Positions 20,237 to 31,134 are shown, counted from the first letter of the stretch. The stretch: DNA of 64,000 bases from Clostridia bacterium (GCA_017455905.1 JAFTLQ010000006.1:7033-71032); one strand, 5' to 3'. Translations and numbers: made by a program. The notes: a model not told the origin generated them from the letters alone.

Positions 20237-21532
20237 TTAAACGAACAGAGATAGCATGCCGATAGCGGCGAGAAGCGATGGGATGGAAACGGAGGAGCCG
20301 ATACGGATAAAATCCCTCAGATCAAATGCGACACGTTCACGGCGAAGAATGTCCGCCCACATGATACCTGCCAGCGCACCGACGGGGGTCAGACAAGCGC
20401 CGAGGTTGGAGCCGATGATGGAGGCGTAGGCGGCGGCCATGGTACCTGCCTGTTCCGCAAGCCCCGCAAAGAGAACGCTCATGGGGATGTTGTTGATGAG
20501 GTTGGCACTGAAAAAGGAGGCGAGGCCAAAGGAGAGGGGATGCGGCCCGGCGCTCAGAAAGGCGGCGATGTAGTCGCAGACGCCGTTTTCGTTCAGGGAA
20601 ATGACGAGGATGAACATCGACAGCATAAAGGGGACGAGCTCCCACGGCATACGCTTTACCGTGCGCCACAGGATGACGGGGCGCTCACGCCGTGTGCGGC
20701 GGTAGATCAGCACGCAAATAAACAGCGAGATCGCAAGGCCAAGGCTGATCCACCACATCTCAAGGCCGATATACGAGGAGATGCTGAGCAGCAGGATGCA
20801 GATCCCGAGATGAATGAGCCCGACGGTGACCAGCGATCGCTCGCTCACAGGTTGCACCTCGACGCTGTCGCAGGTGATGGGCTCGGCGAGGGTGCGCCGA
20901 AACAGCAGATACAGGATCAGCAACGATACGAGGCCGGCGGCGAGAGTGGGAGCCCACATATACCCGATGTACTCAAAAAAGCCAAGCTCAAGGAAGGAGG
21001 CGATGTAGATGTTGGTCGGATTGCCGATCATCAGCACTATGCTCCACGTGTTAGCGGCGAGGAACTCGGCAAACAGGTAAGGGAGCGGTCGGATTCCGGC
21101 GCGTCTGGAAAAGGCGCAGATAAAGGGCGTGAAGGTGAGGATGATGATGTCGTTGGAGGTAAAGACCGTCAGCACGGCTACAACGACATACAGAAGAAAG
21201 AACAGACGCTTTTGCGATGTGCCCGCCCGTCGAAGGGTGACGGAGGCGAGGTAGCGGAAGAAGCCGAGCTCATCGAGGAAAATGGAAAAGACCGTCATGG
21301 ACAAAAACAGGACGAGGATCTTGAGCGGGCCGACGGAGGAGGCACCGAGGATGCCCTCCAGCACGCCCGTCGGGGACGCACAGCCCGCAGCAAGCAGGGC
21401 GATGGCGCCGAGGACGGCAAAAAAGCAGTAGCCGCCCATCTGAAAGCGTCCGATACGGATGACGGGAATATAGAACACGGAAAAGATCATCAGCGCGACC
21501 GTCAGGCCGCAAAGGATCAAAGTCAGAGCCAT
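20237..21532 (-). CDS. ArsB/NhaD (IT superfamily) permease
   Basis: FTSNDIIIL, IGNPTNI, NLINNIP, IGSNLG; polytopic membrane protein. Confidence 0.85.
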   Translation of the reverse strand: MALTLILCGLTVALMIFSVFYIPVIRIGRFQMGGYCFFAVLGAIALLAAGCASPTGVLEGILGASSVGPLKILVLFLSMTVFSIFLDELGFFRYLASVTLRRAGTSQKRLFFLLYVVVAVLTVFTSNDIIILTFTPFICAFSRRAGIRPLPYLFAEFLAANTWSIVLMIGNPTNIYIASFLELGFFEYIGYMWAPTLAAGLVSLLILYLLFRRTLAEPITCDSVEVQPVSERSLVTVGLIHLGICILLLSISSYIGLEMWWISLGLAISLFICVLIYRRTRRERPVILWRTVKRMPWELVPFMLSMFILVISLNENGVCDYIAAFLSAGPHPLSFGLASFFSANLINNIPMSVLFAGLAEQAGTMAAAYASIIGSNLGACLTPVGALAGIMWADILRRERVAFDLRDFIRIGSSVSIPSLLAAIGMLSLFV

Positions 21533-21568
21533 GGCGACAGGTCAACCTTTCATGTAAGGCAAAATGGG

Positions 21569-22513
21569 TCAGATAAGCTCCAAAACGGGAAGGAGCAGGG
21601 TCATCAGCGGCAGCGTTACGGCGCTTAGAATGGTGCCGAGCAGCACGATGCCTGCCGCATCACGCTGTCCCTCTCCGACGATCTCGGAAAAGTTGAGCAC
21701 GATGGAGGCGGCCGGACAGCAGGCAAGAATAAAGAAGGTGCGCTTGAGATAGATATCCAGCGGTAAAAACAGCACGAGCAGGAGCGCGACGAGCGGCATG
21801 ACGCATTGCTTGATCAGAATGGTGACGTAGGCCTTGACGTTCGTAAATACGCGTCGAAGGTCGACCGTTGCCAGGCGCATACCCATGATGAGCATGGACA
21901 GCGGTGAGCACATGCGTCCGAGAATGGTGATCATGCTATACAGATCGGCCTGCACGGGAATGTTCAGGCAAAGCAGCAGCATGCCGACGCAGGCACCGAG
22001 CATCGCGGGATTCAGAAGGACCTTGCCGAGGCGGATATATGAGGTGTCGCGGGCGATGATCGCCGAGCCGACCGTCCATCCAAGCACGTTCATGATCACG
22101 CCGTAGACGGTGGTGTAGACGATGAGCTCGGAGGCGATCGCAGGAAAGAGCGCTTCCAGAATGGGGATGCCGAAAAAGGCGCAGTTACCAAAGGTGGTGG
22201 CGATGGTGATGATGCGATAGACGGCGTCCTTATTCTTTTTTCGCAGGATCAGATAGGCACCGCCGAGCATAATGGCGTGAATGGCAATGACGAGCAGGGC
22301 GAACTGGCCCATGCGAAGAAGCGTTTCGGGGGAATTGGTCGCGCTTTTCAGCGTGTAGATCGCCAGACACGGCTGGCAAACGTACAAAAGGATCTTAGAC
22401 GCGCCGGGGATGCACGCCTCGTCGATCATGCGCCGACGGATGAGCACGTACCCCGGTACGGCGGTGGCAAGCAGAACGCCGACGGCGATCAGCGCTACGA
22501 AGAAGGTGGTCAT
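21569..22513 (-). CDS. AEC (auxin efflux carrier) family transporter
   Basis: FGNCAFFGIPI, NPAMLG, CPAAS; about 10 TM segments. Confidence 0.88.
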   Translation of the reverse strand: MTTFFVALIAVGVLLATAVPGYVLIRRRMIDEACIPGASKILLYVCQPCLAIYTLKSATNSPETLLRMGQFALLVIAIHAIMLGGAYLILRKKNKDAVYRIITIATTFGNCAFFGIPILEALFPAIASELIVYTTVYGVIMNVLGWTVGSAIIARDTSYIRLGKVLLNPAMLGACVGMLLLCLNIPVQADLYSMITILGRMCSPLSMLIMGMRLATVDLRRVFTNVKAYVTILIKQCVMPLVALLLVLFLPLDIYLKRTFFILACCPAASIVLNFSEIVGEGQRDAAGIVLLGTILSAVTLPLMTLLLPVLELI

Positions 22514-23712
22514 GACAGCCTCACAAAATAATTGGTGTTATAGGGAATGGACACGGGATCGATCTCGTCGAAGGCCTCGGTGCGCGTAACGTCGCCCGTC
22601 CGCTCGGAGAGCATATCGCGGTGCAAGGCCGAGGCACAGTCAAGGTAGAAGTCGGAGAAGAAAACGGATACATCCTCGTCGGTGTAGCCACCCTCGGGAA
22701 GGGACATACGGTAGATATAGCAGATGCCGTCCTCGTAGGCGACCTTGGTATAGCTGCCGATCGCGGCCGACAGCGCCGCCTCGGTCAGGGTGGGGTAGAC
22801 GGAGGCGAGATCCTGCGTGGCGGAGGCATCAGCGGCAAAATACCAGCCGGTGTCGTCATAGACGGGATCGCCGTCACCGTATTTGTCCATAAAGGTCTGC
22901 AGCATGGTTTCGGTGATGACGGGGCCGCTACCGCCGGTAAGGTTTTCGATCGCGCGGTCGAGGGATGCGATATCCTCCGCGCGGCGCTCCTTTTCAAGCT
23001 CGGTCAGCTCGATGGTCTTGTAGGTGCCGTCGTTCAGAAGGATGTGGTTGCCGTCTTCGTCGGTGGCGAGCTTATTTTCCGTGCGGATAAAGAGCATCTT
23101 GACGTAGACGTACGCGTCGGCGTAATAGGCGTCGCAGGCGTCCGTGTCGTAGGCCACATATTGACCACCCGCGCCGTACAGGGCGGTGAAGAGATGCTCG
23201 GCCTTATATTGGAGCGTGGTGGCGGTGAGAAGATCGTCATAGGTGAAGCCGTAGGCGGAGATCTGCTCGTTGAAGCTCGCACGGTCTCCGTCCGCGCGGA
23301 AGTCGACCAGCTCGTCGACGGCGTCGCGGATGGTCTGCTTTTCGGTGCGCGACAGCGAGGCCACGCTGTCAAAGAGCAGCGCGCTGACCGCTACGGTGCG
23401 TACGTAGTCCTCCGCATAGGCGGCAAAGGCGTCCCCGTAGCTCACCCCGTCGCCGCGGTCACGGCGAAAGAAGGCGGCGGTATCGGAGGCCGTGATGCCG
23501 GCGGCGGACAAGGAGCGCAGGTATACCGTCTTACAGTAGGATACGAAATAGGAATACACGCCCTTCGAGATCGTCAAGCCCTCGTAGCGCATCACCGCAC
23601 GTGCATTACGGACGGCGGCAATGGTGCCGAATACCGCGGCAAAGGCGATGGCAACGATCAGGGTGAGGACGATCGTAAAGAGGAGCCATTTATTTTTCTT
23701 TAAGACGCTCAT
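22510..23712 (-). CDS. Membrane-anchored protein, probably a degenerate PrsA/SurA-like foldase
   Basis: ATG at 23712 overlaps the mfd stop (ATGA); N-terminal anchor; position after mfd; weak parvulin-like C-terminus. Confidence 0.6.
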   Translation of the reverse strand: MSVLKKNKWLLFTIVLTLIVAIAFAAVFGTIAAVRNARAVMRYEGLTISKGVYSYFVSYCKTVYLRSLSAAGITASDTAAFFRRDRGDGVSYGDAFAAYAEDYVRTVAVSALLFDSVASLSRTEKQTIRDAVDELVDFRADGDRASFNEQISAYGFTYDDLLTATTLQYKAEHLFTALYGAGGQYVAYDTDACDAYYADAYVYVKMLFIRTENKLATDEDGNHILLNDGTYKTIELTELEKERRAEDIASLDRAIENLTGGSGPVITETMLQTFMDKYGDGDPVYDDTGWYFAADASATQDLASVYPTLTEAALSAAIGSYTKVAYEDGICYIYRMSLPEGGYTDEDVSVFFSDFYLDCASALHRDMLSERTGDVTRTEAFDEIDPVSIPYNTNYFVRLS

Positions 23713-26700
23713 GCAGAGGGAGCCTCCTTGTTTGATACTTCGGTATAGGCCTTGAGAATGGCAAAGGCGGTGTCGGTCGCATCCTCGTCGGTCTTCAGGC
23801 GGTAGAGCACCGCCGGCGTCCCGACACCGCGAAGCGACAGGCCGGGGAAGCGAAGGAACAGCTCCGACCAGACGGCAAGATCCGCCTTGTCGGGCAAAAA
23901 GCGCAGGTAGCCGCCCGAGCATTCGATGCGCCGCAGACGGTAGGCGGCGCCGCGACTGCGCATGTAGGCGATGCGCAACAGGCGCTCCGCGACCCGCGGC
24001 GGATCGCCAAAGCGGTCGCACAGCTCGTCGAGGACATCCTGCATATCCTCCTCTGAGCCGATCAGAGAGATCTTCTTATACATATCCATGCGCGCAGGCT
24101 CGCTGGGGATATACGAGGCGGGAAGCAGGGCGTCGATCTTGATATCCACGGTGCAGTCGAAGGCCTCGGGACGTCCCTCGCCCTTTTCCTCCAACACCGC
24201 CTCGTTCAGCAGCCGCACGTACAGGTCGTAGCCGACGCTTTCGATATAGCCGTGCTGCTCGGCACCGAGCAGATTACCCGCGCCTCGGATCTCCAGGTCG
24301 CGCAGGGCGATCTTGAAGCCTGCACCGAATTCGGCGTATTCACGGATGACCTGCAGACGCTTGCGTGCGACCTCCGAGAGGGCCTTGCCCTTGCGGTAGG
24401 TAAAATATGCGTAGGCCTGTCGCTCGCTGCGACCGACACGGCCGCGCAGCTGATGCAGCTGAGACAGACCCATGCGATCCGCTCCTTCAATGATGAGGGT
24501 GTTGGCGTTAGGCAGGTCGACGCCCGTTTCGATGATCGTCGTGCAAACGAGGATGTCCAGCTCGCCGCGCACGAGCAGCTGCCAGATGTCCTCCAGCGTG
24601 TCGTGCTCCATCTGCCCGTGGGCATAGGCGATGCGCGCCTCGGGGAAGTCGTTGGTCAGCCGACCGGCGACGAGATCGATGTCCTCCGTTTTATTATATA
24701 GGTAGAGCACCTGTCCGCGTCGCGACAGCTCGCGGCGGATGGCGTCGTACAGCACCGCGTCGTCGTGCTCCAGCACGTAGGTCTGCACGGGACGGCGGTC
24801 GGAGGGGGCCTCGTCGAGGATGGAGATGTCATTTATACCGCTCATGGCCATGTTGAGCGTGCGGGGGATAGGGGTGGCCGTCAGCGTCAGCACGTCGACA
24901 CCGGTGGAAAGCGTTTTGAGCTTTTCCTTTTGCGCCACGCCGAAGCGCTGCTCCTCGTCGACGATGAGCAGGCCGAGATCGCGGAACTCCAGGTTTTTGG
25001 AAAGCAGCTTGTGCGTGCCGATGAGCAGATCGATCTCGCCGCGCTTGGTGCGGCGCAGAATGGCCGCCTGCTCCTTTGGCGTGCGGAAGCGCGAGAGCAT
25101 TTCCACGGTCACGGGATACCGACGCATGCGCGACAGGGCGGTCTGATAATGCTGCAGGGCGAGGATGGTCGTCGGTACGAGGATGGCCGCCTGTTTGCCG
25201 GCCAAAATGGCCTTGAACACGGCGCGCAGGGCAACCTCGGTCTTGCCAAAGCCCACGTCGCCGCAGAGCAGGCGGTTCATGGGAACGGGGCGCATCATGT
25301 CCCCCTTGATCTCCTCGATCGCCTGCGCCTGGGCTGCCGTCAGCTCAAATTCAAACGAATCCTCAAACTCGCGCTCCATCTCGCCATCGGCAGGGAAGGC
25401 AAAGCCCGGCGTGCGGGCGCGGCGCGCATACAGCTGGATCAGGTCACGGGCGATGTCGGCCACCGCACGCTTGGCGCGTGCCTTGGCGCGTCCCCAATCG
25501 GCGCCTCCCATGCGAGAGAGCTTGACGGTGCCGTCGCTGTCGCGGGCACCGATGTATTTGCCGATCATCTCCAGGCGGTCGCAGGGGACGAACAGCTTAT
25601 CCGTTCCTGCGTACTGAAGCGTAATATAATCGCGTGCGTGTCCGTCGACGCGCACCGTTTCGATGCCCTCAAAGCGGCCGATACCGTAATTGCGGTGAAC
25701 GACGTAGTCACCGACGGACAGGTCGGCATAGCTCATCAGTCGCTCGCCCGCACCGCCGACGCGGCGAAGGACGCGCCTCTGCCGCCGCTCGGCCATGACC
25801 GCCTTGCCGCTGTCCTTACTCATGGACAGGACGGCGATCTTTGGCATGAGAAGCTCAAACCCCTCGTCAATCGAACCGACGGTTATATAAATGCCGCCGA
25901 TTTGTAAAGATGTATAGTCAAATTTACTGTTTTTATAAGTGGGGACCGTGGAGATCTCCTGCGAGCGGAGCGTCTCGGACAGCGAGTCGGCGCCGCTTTC
26001 ATTTTCACATACGAGGATGGTACGGTAGCCGCTTTTGCGGAAGGTGATAAGATCCTCAAACAACAGCGACGGGTTGTCGCCGTAGGCTACGGCGCGGCGG
26101 CTTCGGAAGCCGAACAGGCCACCCTCTCGCTGTGTACCGACGCCTCCCGAGAAGGGATTGATATGCACGCTCACGTGCGACTGCAGTGCGTTCTTATATT
26201 GCTTTTCGTCGGCGAGCGGAGCGTGTGAGCTTGCGCTGAGTGTCCCCTCCTCGATAAGGGCGGCGCAGGAGTCCTTATAGCGCGAAAGCGTGCGGCGCAG
26301 GGCGTCCAGGCACTCGTTCGTTCCCTCAATGAAGACGACGGAGCGAGTGGAGTCAAGATAGGAAAACAGCGTCGGCTCCTCGGGATAGATGAGGGATAGG
26401 TATTTGTCGGCGAAGGGCAGGGACAGACCCTGCTCCAGCGCGGTCTTTTCGGACGATAGGCGTGCCTCGGCCTGTGCCGAGGGGGCGTTGGCAAGCAGAC
26501 GGCCGACCTCGCGGGCGATACGCGCACGCGCCGCCTTGTCGACCAGCACCTCGGAGGCGGGGAGCAGGTGACGCTCGGGACAGGCGTCGGTCATGCGCTG
26601 ATCGATGGGATCAAAGCAACTCATGCGATCGATCTCGTCGCCGAAAAATTCGATGCGCACGGGCGGCTCGTCCTCGCGGTCGTACAGGTCAAGAATACCG

Positions 26701-27251
26701 CCGCGGCGGGCAAACTGTCCGACGCTCTCGACGGTATCCGTACGGACAAAGCCGAGGGCGCTGAGGCGCTCGCACAGCTCGTCGATGTCGGCGATATCGC
26801 CGACACGCAGAGAGATCGCGTGGGCGCGCAGGGTATCCTTTGGCACGGTATACAGCGCGGCGGCCGTCGGCGTCGTAACGACGACGTCGCAATGCCCCGA
26901 CATCAGCTCGGACAACACGGAAAGCCTCTCACGCTCGGTGTCGTGGGAGGCAGAAACGGAATGAAGGACAAGATCTCGTTCGGGATAGGTGCGCACGCGC
27001 AGAGCGCTCTCCTTCAGCGCGTGCGAGGCGGCGTACATACGCCGCTCGTCGGGGACGAGGATGAGCACGGGGGCGTGTGAGCGCTCGCAGGCCTCGGTGA
27101 CGCCTTCCACGAGGAAGGCGGTATCGGCACCGCGGGAGAGTCCGTTTACGATCAGCGGCAGGGGACGGGGGGTGCGCAGCTGCTCGTCAAGTGCGGCAAG
27201 AAAGCCGTTAAATTCCCGATCGAGACGGATCAGGGGGGTAAGCTGCTTCAT
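23709..27251 (-). CDS. mfd: Transcription-repair coupling factor
   Basis: GDYVVHRNYGIG, CGDVGFGKTEVA, DEEQRFGV, TATPIPRTL, QLRGRVGR. Confidence 0.98.
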   Translation of the reverse strand: MKQLTPLIRLDREFNGFLAALDEQLRTPRPLPLIVNGLSRGADTAFLVEGVTEACERSHAPVLILVPDERRMYAASHALKESALRVRTYPERDLVLHSVSASHDTERERLSVLSELMSGHCDVVVTTPTAAALYTVPKDTLRAHAISLRVGDIADIDELCERLSALGFVRTDTVESVGQFARRGGILDLYDREDEPPVRIEFFGDEIDRMSCFDPIDQRMTDACPERHLLPASEVLVDKAARARIAREVGRLLANAPSAQAEARLSSEKTALEQGLSLPFADKYLSLIYPEEPTLFSYLDSTRSVVFIEGTNECLDALRRTLSRYKDSCAALIEEGTLSASSHAPLADEKQYKNALQSHVSVHINPFSGGVGTQREGGLFGFRSRRAVAYGDNPSLLFEDLITFRKSGYRTILVCENESGADSLSETLRSQEISTVPTYKNSKFDYTSLQIGGIYITVGSIDEGFELLMPKIAVLSMSKDSGKAVMAERRQRRVLRRVGGAGERLMSYADLSVGDYVVHRNYGIGRFEGIETVRVDGHARDYITLQYAGTDKLFVPCDRLEMIGKYIGARDSDGTVKLSRMGGADWGRAKARAKRAVADIARDLIQLYARRARTPGFAFPADGEMEREFEDSFEFELTAAQAQAIEEIKGDMMRPVPMNRLLCGDVGFGKTEVALRAVFKAILAGKQAAILVPTTILALQHYQTALSRMRRYPVTVEMLSRFRTPKEQAAILRRTKRGEIDLLIGTHKLLSKNLEFRDLGLLIVDEEQRFGVAQKEKLKTLSTGVDVLTLTATPIPRTLNMAMSGINDISILDEAPSDRRPVQTYVLEHDDAVLYDAIRRELSRRGQVLYLYNKTEDIDLVAGRLTNDFPEARIAYAHGQMEHDTLEDIWQLLVRGELDILVCTTIIETGVDLPNANTLIIEGADRMGLSQLHQLRGRVGRSERQAYAYFTYRKGKALSEVARKRLQVIREYAEFGAGFKIALRDLEIRGAGNLLGAEQHGYIESVGYDLYVRLLNEAVLEEKGEGRPEAFDCTVDIKIDALLPASYIPSEPARMDMYKKISLIGSEEDMQDVLDELCDRFGDPPRVAERLLRIAYMRSRGAAYRLRRIECSGGYLRFLPDKADLAVWSELFLRFPGLSLRGVGTPAVLYRLKTDEDATDTAFAILKAYTEVSNKEAPSA

Positions 27252-27293
27252 GTAGGCCTCTTAGTAAGGGGGACGTTCGTTTGATTCTCTTTT

Positions 27294-27917
27294 TTATGCG
27301 AAATATTTTCCCATGGCTTCCTCCATGCGGTCGCTGACTATCAGCTCGGCGATCTCCGGAGCCGCCTTCAGGACGGGCTCCATCGCCTCCAGGTCGGCCG
27401 TACCAAAGCGCGACAGCACCCAATCGGCCAGGTCGTAGTCCGGGCGGGGCTTGTTGCCGACGCCGATCTTGACGCGGGGGAAGGCATCGGAGCCGATGTG
27501 CTCGATAATGCTCTTGAGGCCGTTGTGACCGCCGGCCGAGCCCTTGCGGCGCAGACGCAGCTTGCCGGGAGGGAAGCTGATCTCATCGTGCAGCACGAGG
27601 ATGTGCTCGGGGGGTATCTTATAAAAGGCAGCCGCTTCGCCGACGGCGACGCCGGAGTTATTCATCAGGGTCGTCGGCTTCATAAGAAGGACGCGGTGCG
27701 AGGCGATCGTCGCTTCACACGTGAGGGCGTGAAATTTGGCGCGATCGGTGCGCACACCGAGCGCCTGTGCGATTCGGTCGATGGCAAGGAAGCCGGCGTT
27801 GTGCCGCGTTTTTTCGTACGCGGATCCGACGTTGCCGAGACCGACGATCAACCATTCGACGGAGCCGCGGTCGGAGGAGCTTGATTCAATGGACTTGAAC
27901 AGATCAAATATATTCAT
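27294..27917 (-). CDS. pth: Peptidyl-tRNA hydrolase
   Basis: LIVGLGN, TRHNAGF, MKPTTLMN, GGHNGLKS; start taken at ATG 27917. Confidence 0.96.
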   Translation of the reverse strand: MNIFDLFKSIESSSSDRGSVEWLIVGLGNVGSAYEKTRHNAGFLAIDRIAQALGVRTDRAKFHALTCEATIASHRVLLMKPTTLMNNSGVAVGEAAAFYKIPPEHILVLHDEISFPPGKLRLRRKGSAGGHNGLKSIIEHIGSDAFPRVKIGVGNKPRPDYDLADWVLSRFGTADLEAMEPVLKAAPEIAELIVSDRMEEAMGKYFA

Positions 27918-27964
27918 GAAGATATCCGATATTTGTAAAGTTTTATTTGTTTTTTGCTTGCTTT

Positions 27965-29860
27965 TTAAAAGTTTACCCATTCGGTGCTGTCCGCGTCGGA
28001 GGGCATACGGAAGTCACCGCGCGGGGACAGACCGACCGATCCGATCTTGGGACCGTCGGGCAGACAGGAGCGCTTGAATTGCTGAGAGAAGAAGCGGCGC
28101 AGGAACACGGTAAGCCACGAGCGGATGACGTCCTCCTCGTATACGCCGCGGAAGGTAGCGACCGCCAGACGGCACAGCTTACTCGGCGTGTAGCCGTAGC
28201 GGACGGTATGGTAGAGAAAATAGTCGTGCAACTCGTACGGGCCGACGAGCCCCTCGGTGCACTGTGCGATCTCCCCGTCCTTGGGCGGCAGAAGCTCGGG
28301 GCTGACGGGCGTTTCCAGCACATCGCGAAGCGTGGCGGCCACGTCGGCGTCACCGTCGGCCTCCGCCTGCTGTGCACAGTAGTCCACGATATGACGGATG
28401 AGAGTCTTCGGCACGTCGGCGTTGACGGCGTACATGGACATGTGATCCCCGTTGTAGGTGGCCCATCCGAGAGCCAGCTCCGACAGGTCGCCCGTTCCGA
28501 CGACGAGACCGCCCTCGGCGTTGGCGATATCCATCAGCACCTGTGTGCGCTCACGTGCCTGCGCGTTTTCGTAGACGACGTCAAAGGCGTCCTGCGCGTG
28601 TCCGATGTCCTCAAAGTGACGGCTGACGGAGGCCTTGATATCGACGGTACGAAGCGTGGCACCGAGCTGCTCGGTCAGCGCCTCGGCGTTACTCTTGGTT
28701 CTCACCGTCGTTCCGAAGCAGGGCATCGTGACGGCAATCACCGATGTGCGTTCGCGTAGGAGAATGTCCATGGCGCGTACAGCAACGAGCAGGGCGAGGG
28801 TGGAGTCAAGACCGCCCGATATACCCAGCACGGCACAGCGTGCGTGCGAACGCTCCACGCGTGCGGCAAGGGCGCGCGCCTGCATATCCAGCGTGAGGGC
28901 GCACCGCGCACGAAGCTCGGCAGGGTCGCTCGGAACGAAGGGGAAGCGGCGCGGCGGATGCGTCAGCGCCGTTTCTGTCACGGTCAGCGTGAAGGGGCAG
29001 GCGGTATAGGCGGCATTGGCATGCTCCGATACGGAGGCACGCTTGCGGCGCTCGCTCACGATGCGGTCGAGGTCGAGCTCGGCGACGAGCGAGGCAGAGG
29101 TATCGAACGGCGCGGAGGCGGCGACGGTGCGACCGCGATCCATCAGCAGACGCTGACCGGCGAATAGATAGTCGGTGCCGCTTTCGCCCTCGCCAGCGTT
29201 CGCATATATACCGGCACACGTGTGGCGCATAGTATAAGCCGACAGCACGGTGCGGCGTGCCTCGGCCGCGCCAATGAGCTCGGGGGAGGCGTCGAGATCC
29301 GCGATCAGCGTGGCACCGGCAGCGCAGGCATCGCGCACCGTCTGCTCATCGGAGCCGAACACGGGCGCGATGACAAGGGACGGCATGGTCGTACAGGGAA
29401 AGAGCAGATGCGCACCAAGGCGCGTGCGTTGCCCTGCATAGGTCAGCGTGCATACCTCAGCGGGCGCAGAGGAAAAATAGCGCGTGTCCTGCAGAGGACT
29501 GTGCGCGTCGGGTGCTTTGACCTTCAGGCCGAGAAGCTCGCCGCGGCATACGACGGCGGCGCAGTCGTACAGCTTGCCCTCGTGTGCGACGGGCACGCCG
29601 AGGATGCAGACGATGTCCTTGTCACGGGTCTGCTCCATATAGTGAGCGAGCGCCGCCTGCGCACGGTCAAGGAGTGTCGTCTGAAAAAACAGGTCGGCAC
29701 AGGTGGCGCCCGTGACCGAGAGCTCGGGGAATACGAGGACCTTGACACCGTCCGAGGCGGCCGTGCGGGTCAGCTTGATCGCTTCTTCGATGGTATACGT
29801 GGGGTTGGCCAGTCGGGAGGTCGGACAGGCCGCACCGACACGAATGAATCCGTCTTTCAT
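27965..29860 (-). CDS. nadE: NAD+ synthetase, two-domain type (nitrilase-like domain degenerate)
   Basis: LGISGGLDSTLAL, ENAQARER, GTGDLSE, GDHMSMY, QQFKRSCLPDGPK. Confidence 0.95.
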   Translation of the reverse strand: MKDGFIRVGAACPTSRLANPTYTIEEAIKLTRTAASDGVKVLVFPELSVTGATCADLFFQTTLLDRAQAALAHYMEQTRDKDIVCILGVPVAHEGKLYDCAAVVCRGELLGLKVKAPDAHSPLQDTRYFSSAPAEVCTLTYAGQRTRLGAHLLFPCTTMPSLVIAPVFGSDEQTVRDACAAGATLIADLDASPELIGAAEARRTVLSAYTMRHTCAGIYANAGEGESGTDYLFAGQRLLMDRGRTVAASAPFDTSASLVAELDLDRIVSERRKRASVSEHANAAYTACPFTLTVTETALTHPPRRFPFVPSDPAELRARCALTLDMQARALAARVERSHARCAVLGISGGLDSTLALLVAVRAMDILLRERTSVIAVTMPCFGTTVRTKSNAEALTEQLGATLRTVDIKASVSRHFEDIGHAQDAFDVVYENAQARERTQVLMDIANAEGGLVVGTGDLSELALGWATYNGDHMSMYAVNADVPKTLIRHIVDYCAQQAEADGDADVAATLRDVLETPVSPELLPPKDGEIAQCTEGLVGPYELHDYFLYHTVRYGYTPSKLCRLAVATFRGVYEEDVIRSWLTVFLRRFFSQQFKRSCLPDGPKIGSVGLSPRGDFRMPSDADSTEWVNF

Positions 29861-29981
29861 ACACAGGACTCCTATGCATAGTTTTTTCTTATTTTAGCAT
29901 ACAATCGCGCGAAAGTCAATTCAAATATAAGAGATATGCCTCGCTGTACCTAAAAATTTTTTGAGATTTTCAAAAAAAGGG

Positions 29982-30010
29982 TTGACAAAGCTCGTTTTGT
30001 TTGGTATAAT
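29982..30010 (+). promoter_or_regulatory. Consensus sigma-A promoter for tRNA-Thr
   Basis: TTGACA-17 nt-TATAAT. Confidence 0.9.
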
Positions 30011-30036
30011 AGCATGCGCATATGTGAGCATGGTAT

Positions 30037-30112
<76 letters not shown>

Positions 30113-30116
30113 GACA

Positions 30117-30151
30117 CCCCCGAGGACAACCGTCCTCGGGGCTTTGGCTTT
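30117..30151 (+). terminator. Terminator after tRNA-Thr
   Basis: ccccgagg...cctcgggg followed by a T-rich tail. Confidence 0.75.
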
Positions 30152-30246
30152 TCAGGAGCATTTCTGTGTCGAAAAGCCCGTGGGTCGATTTTTTTAAAAA
30201 AAACGGCTATTGTTAGTATATAGCAGATAGTTATAGGACAACGCGT

Positions 30247-31134
30247 ATGAGTGAATTTTTTCATGAGGTTTTGCTGGAGGGTCTGATCGACACGCTCAAG
30301 ATCATGCCCTTCCTGTTTTTGACCTATCTTTTGATGGAGTTTATCGAGCATCGTGCCGCCGGGCGTACGCAGGACCTTGTCCGTCGCGCCGGCTCGTTCG
30401 GCCCCTTGCTCGGCGGTCTTGTCGGCGCCGTGCCGCAGTGCGGCTTTTCCGCCGCGGCGGCGAGCCTGTACGCCGGGCGCATCCTTTCGGTGGGCACGCT
30501 GCTCGCGGTGTTCCTGTCCACCTCGGACGAGATGCTGCCGCTTTTGATCTCAGGCGGTGCGCCCGTCGGGCGTATTCTGTCGCTCGTCGGCATTAAGGTG
30601 GCGGTCGGTATCCTCGTCGGCTTCGCCGCTGACCTTATCCTGCGCCTGTGCCGTCGGGAGAAGGAGGAGCTGTGCGTGCATAGCCTGTGCGAGGACGAGG
30701 GCTGTCATTGCGAAAAGGGTATCCTTCGCTCGGCCCTTCATCATACGCTCCACATCACCATCTTTCTGTTCCTTGTGACGGTCGGCATCGGAACGGTCGT
30801 CTTCTTCGTCGGCGAGGACCTTCTCAAGGACGTGCTGTATGACCGTCCCTTCGTCAGCCATCTTATCGCGCTGCTCGTCGGCTTTATCCCCAACTGCGCC
30901 GCCTCGGTCGCCTTGACCGAGCTGTACCTCGGCGGCTTTGTGACCGCCGGCACGCTTTTGTCGGGGCTTTTGCCCGGTGCGGGCGTCGGTCTGCTCGTGC
31001 TGCTGCGTACCAACAAGCGTGTGAAGGAAAACGTCCTCATCGTACTGACGCTGGCTCTCGTCGGCCTGACCGTCGGTCTGCTCGTCGATCTGACGGGCCT
31101 ATCGGACGCCTTGCTTCGTATTGGCATCGGGTGA
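30247..31134 (+). CDS. Putative metal (manganese-type) transporter membrane protein
   Basis: GAVPQCGF, LSTSDE, GFIPNCAAS; Cys/His-rich loop CVHSLCEDEGCHCE. Confidence 0.7.
   Translation: MSEFFHEVLLEGLIDTLKIMPFLFLTYLLMEFIEHRAAGRTQDLVRRAGSFGPLLGGLVGAVPQCGFSAAAASLYAGRILSVGTLLAVFLSTSDEMLPLLISGGAPVGRILSLVGIKVAVGILVGFAADLILRLCRREKEELCVHSLCEDEGCHCEKGILRSALHHTLHITIFLFLVTVGIGTVVFFVGEDLLKDVLYDRPFVSHLIALLVGFIPNCAASVALTELYLGGFVTAGTLLSGLLPGAGVGLLVLLRTNKRVKENVLIVLTLALVGLTVGLLVDLTGLSDALLRIGIG

Noticed and set aside
23713-24021. Upstream extensions given in the ORF track (22510-24021, pth to 27980, uxuA to 58000, 35234-36067)
   Set aside because: They overlap neighbouring genes or promoters; downstream ATGs with RBS or stop-start coupling fit better
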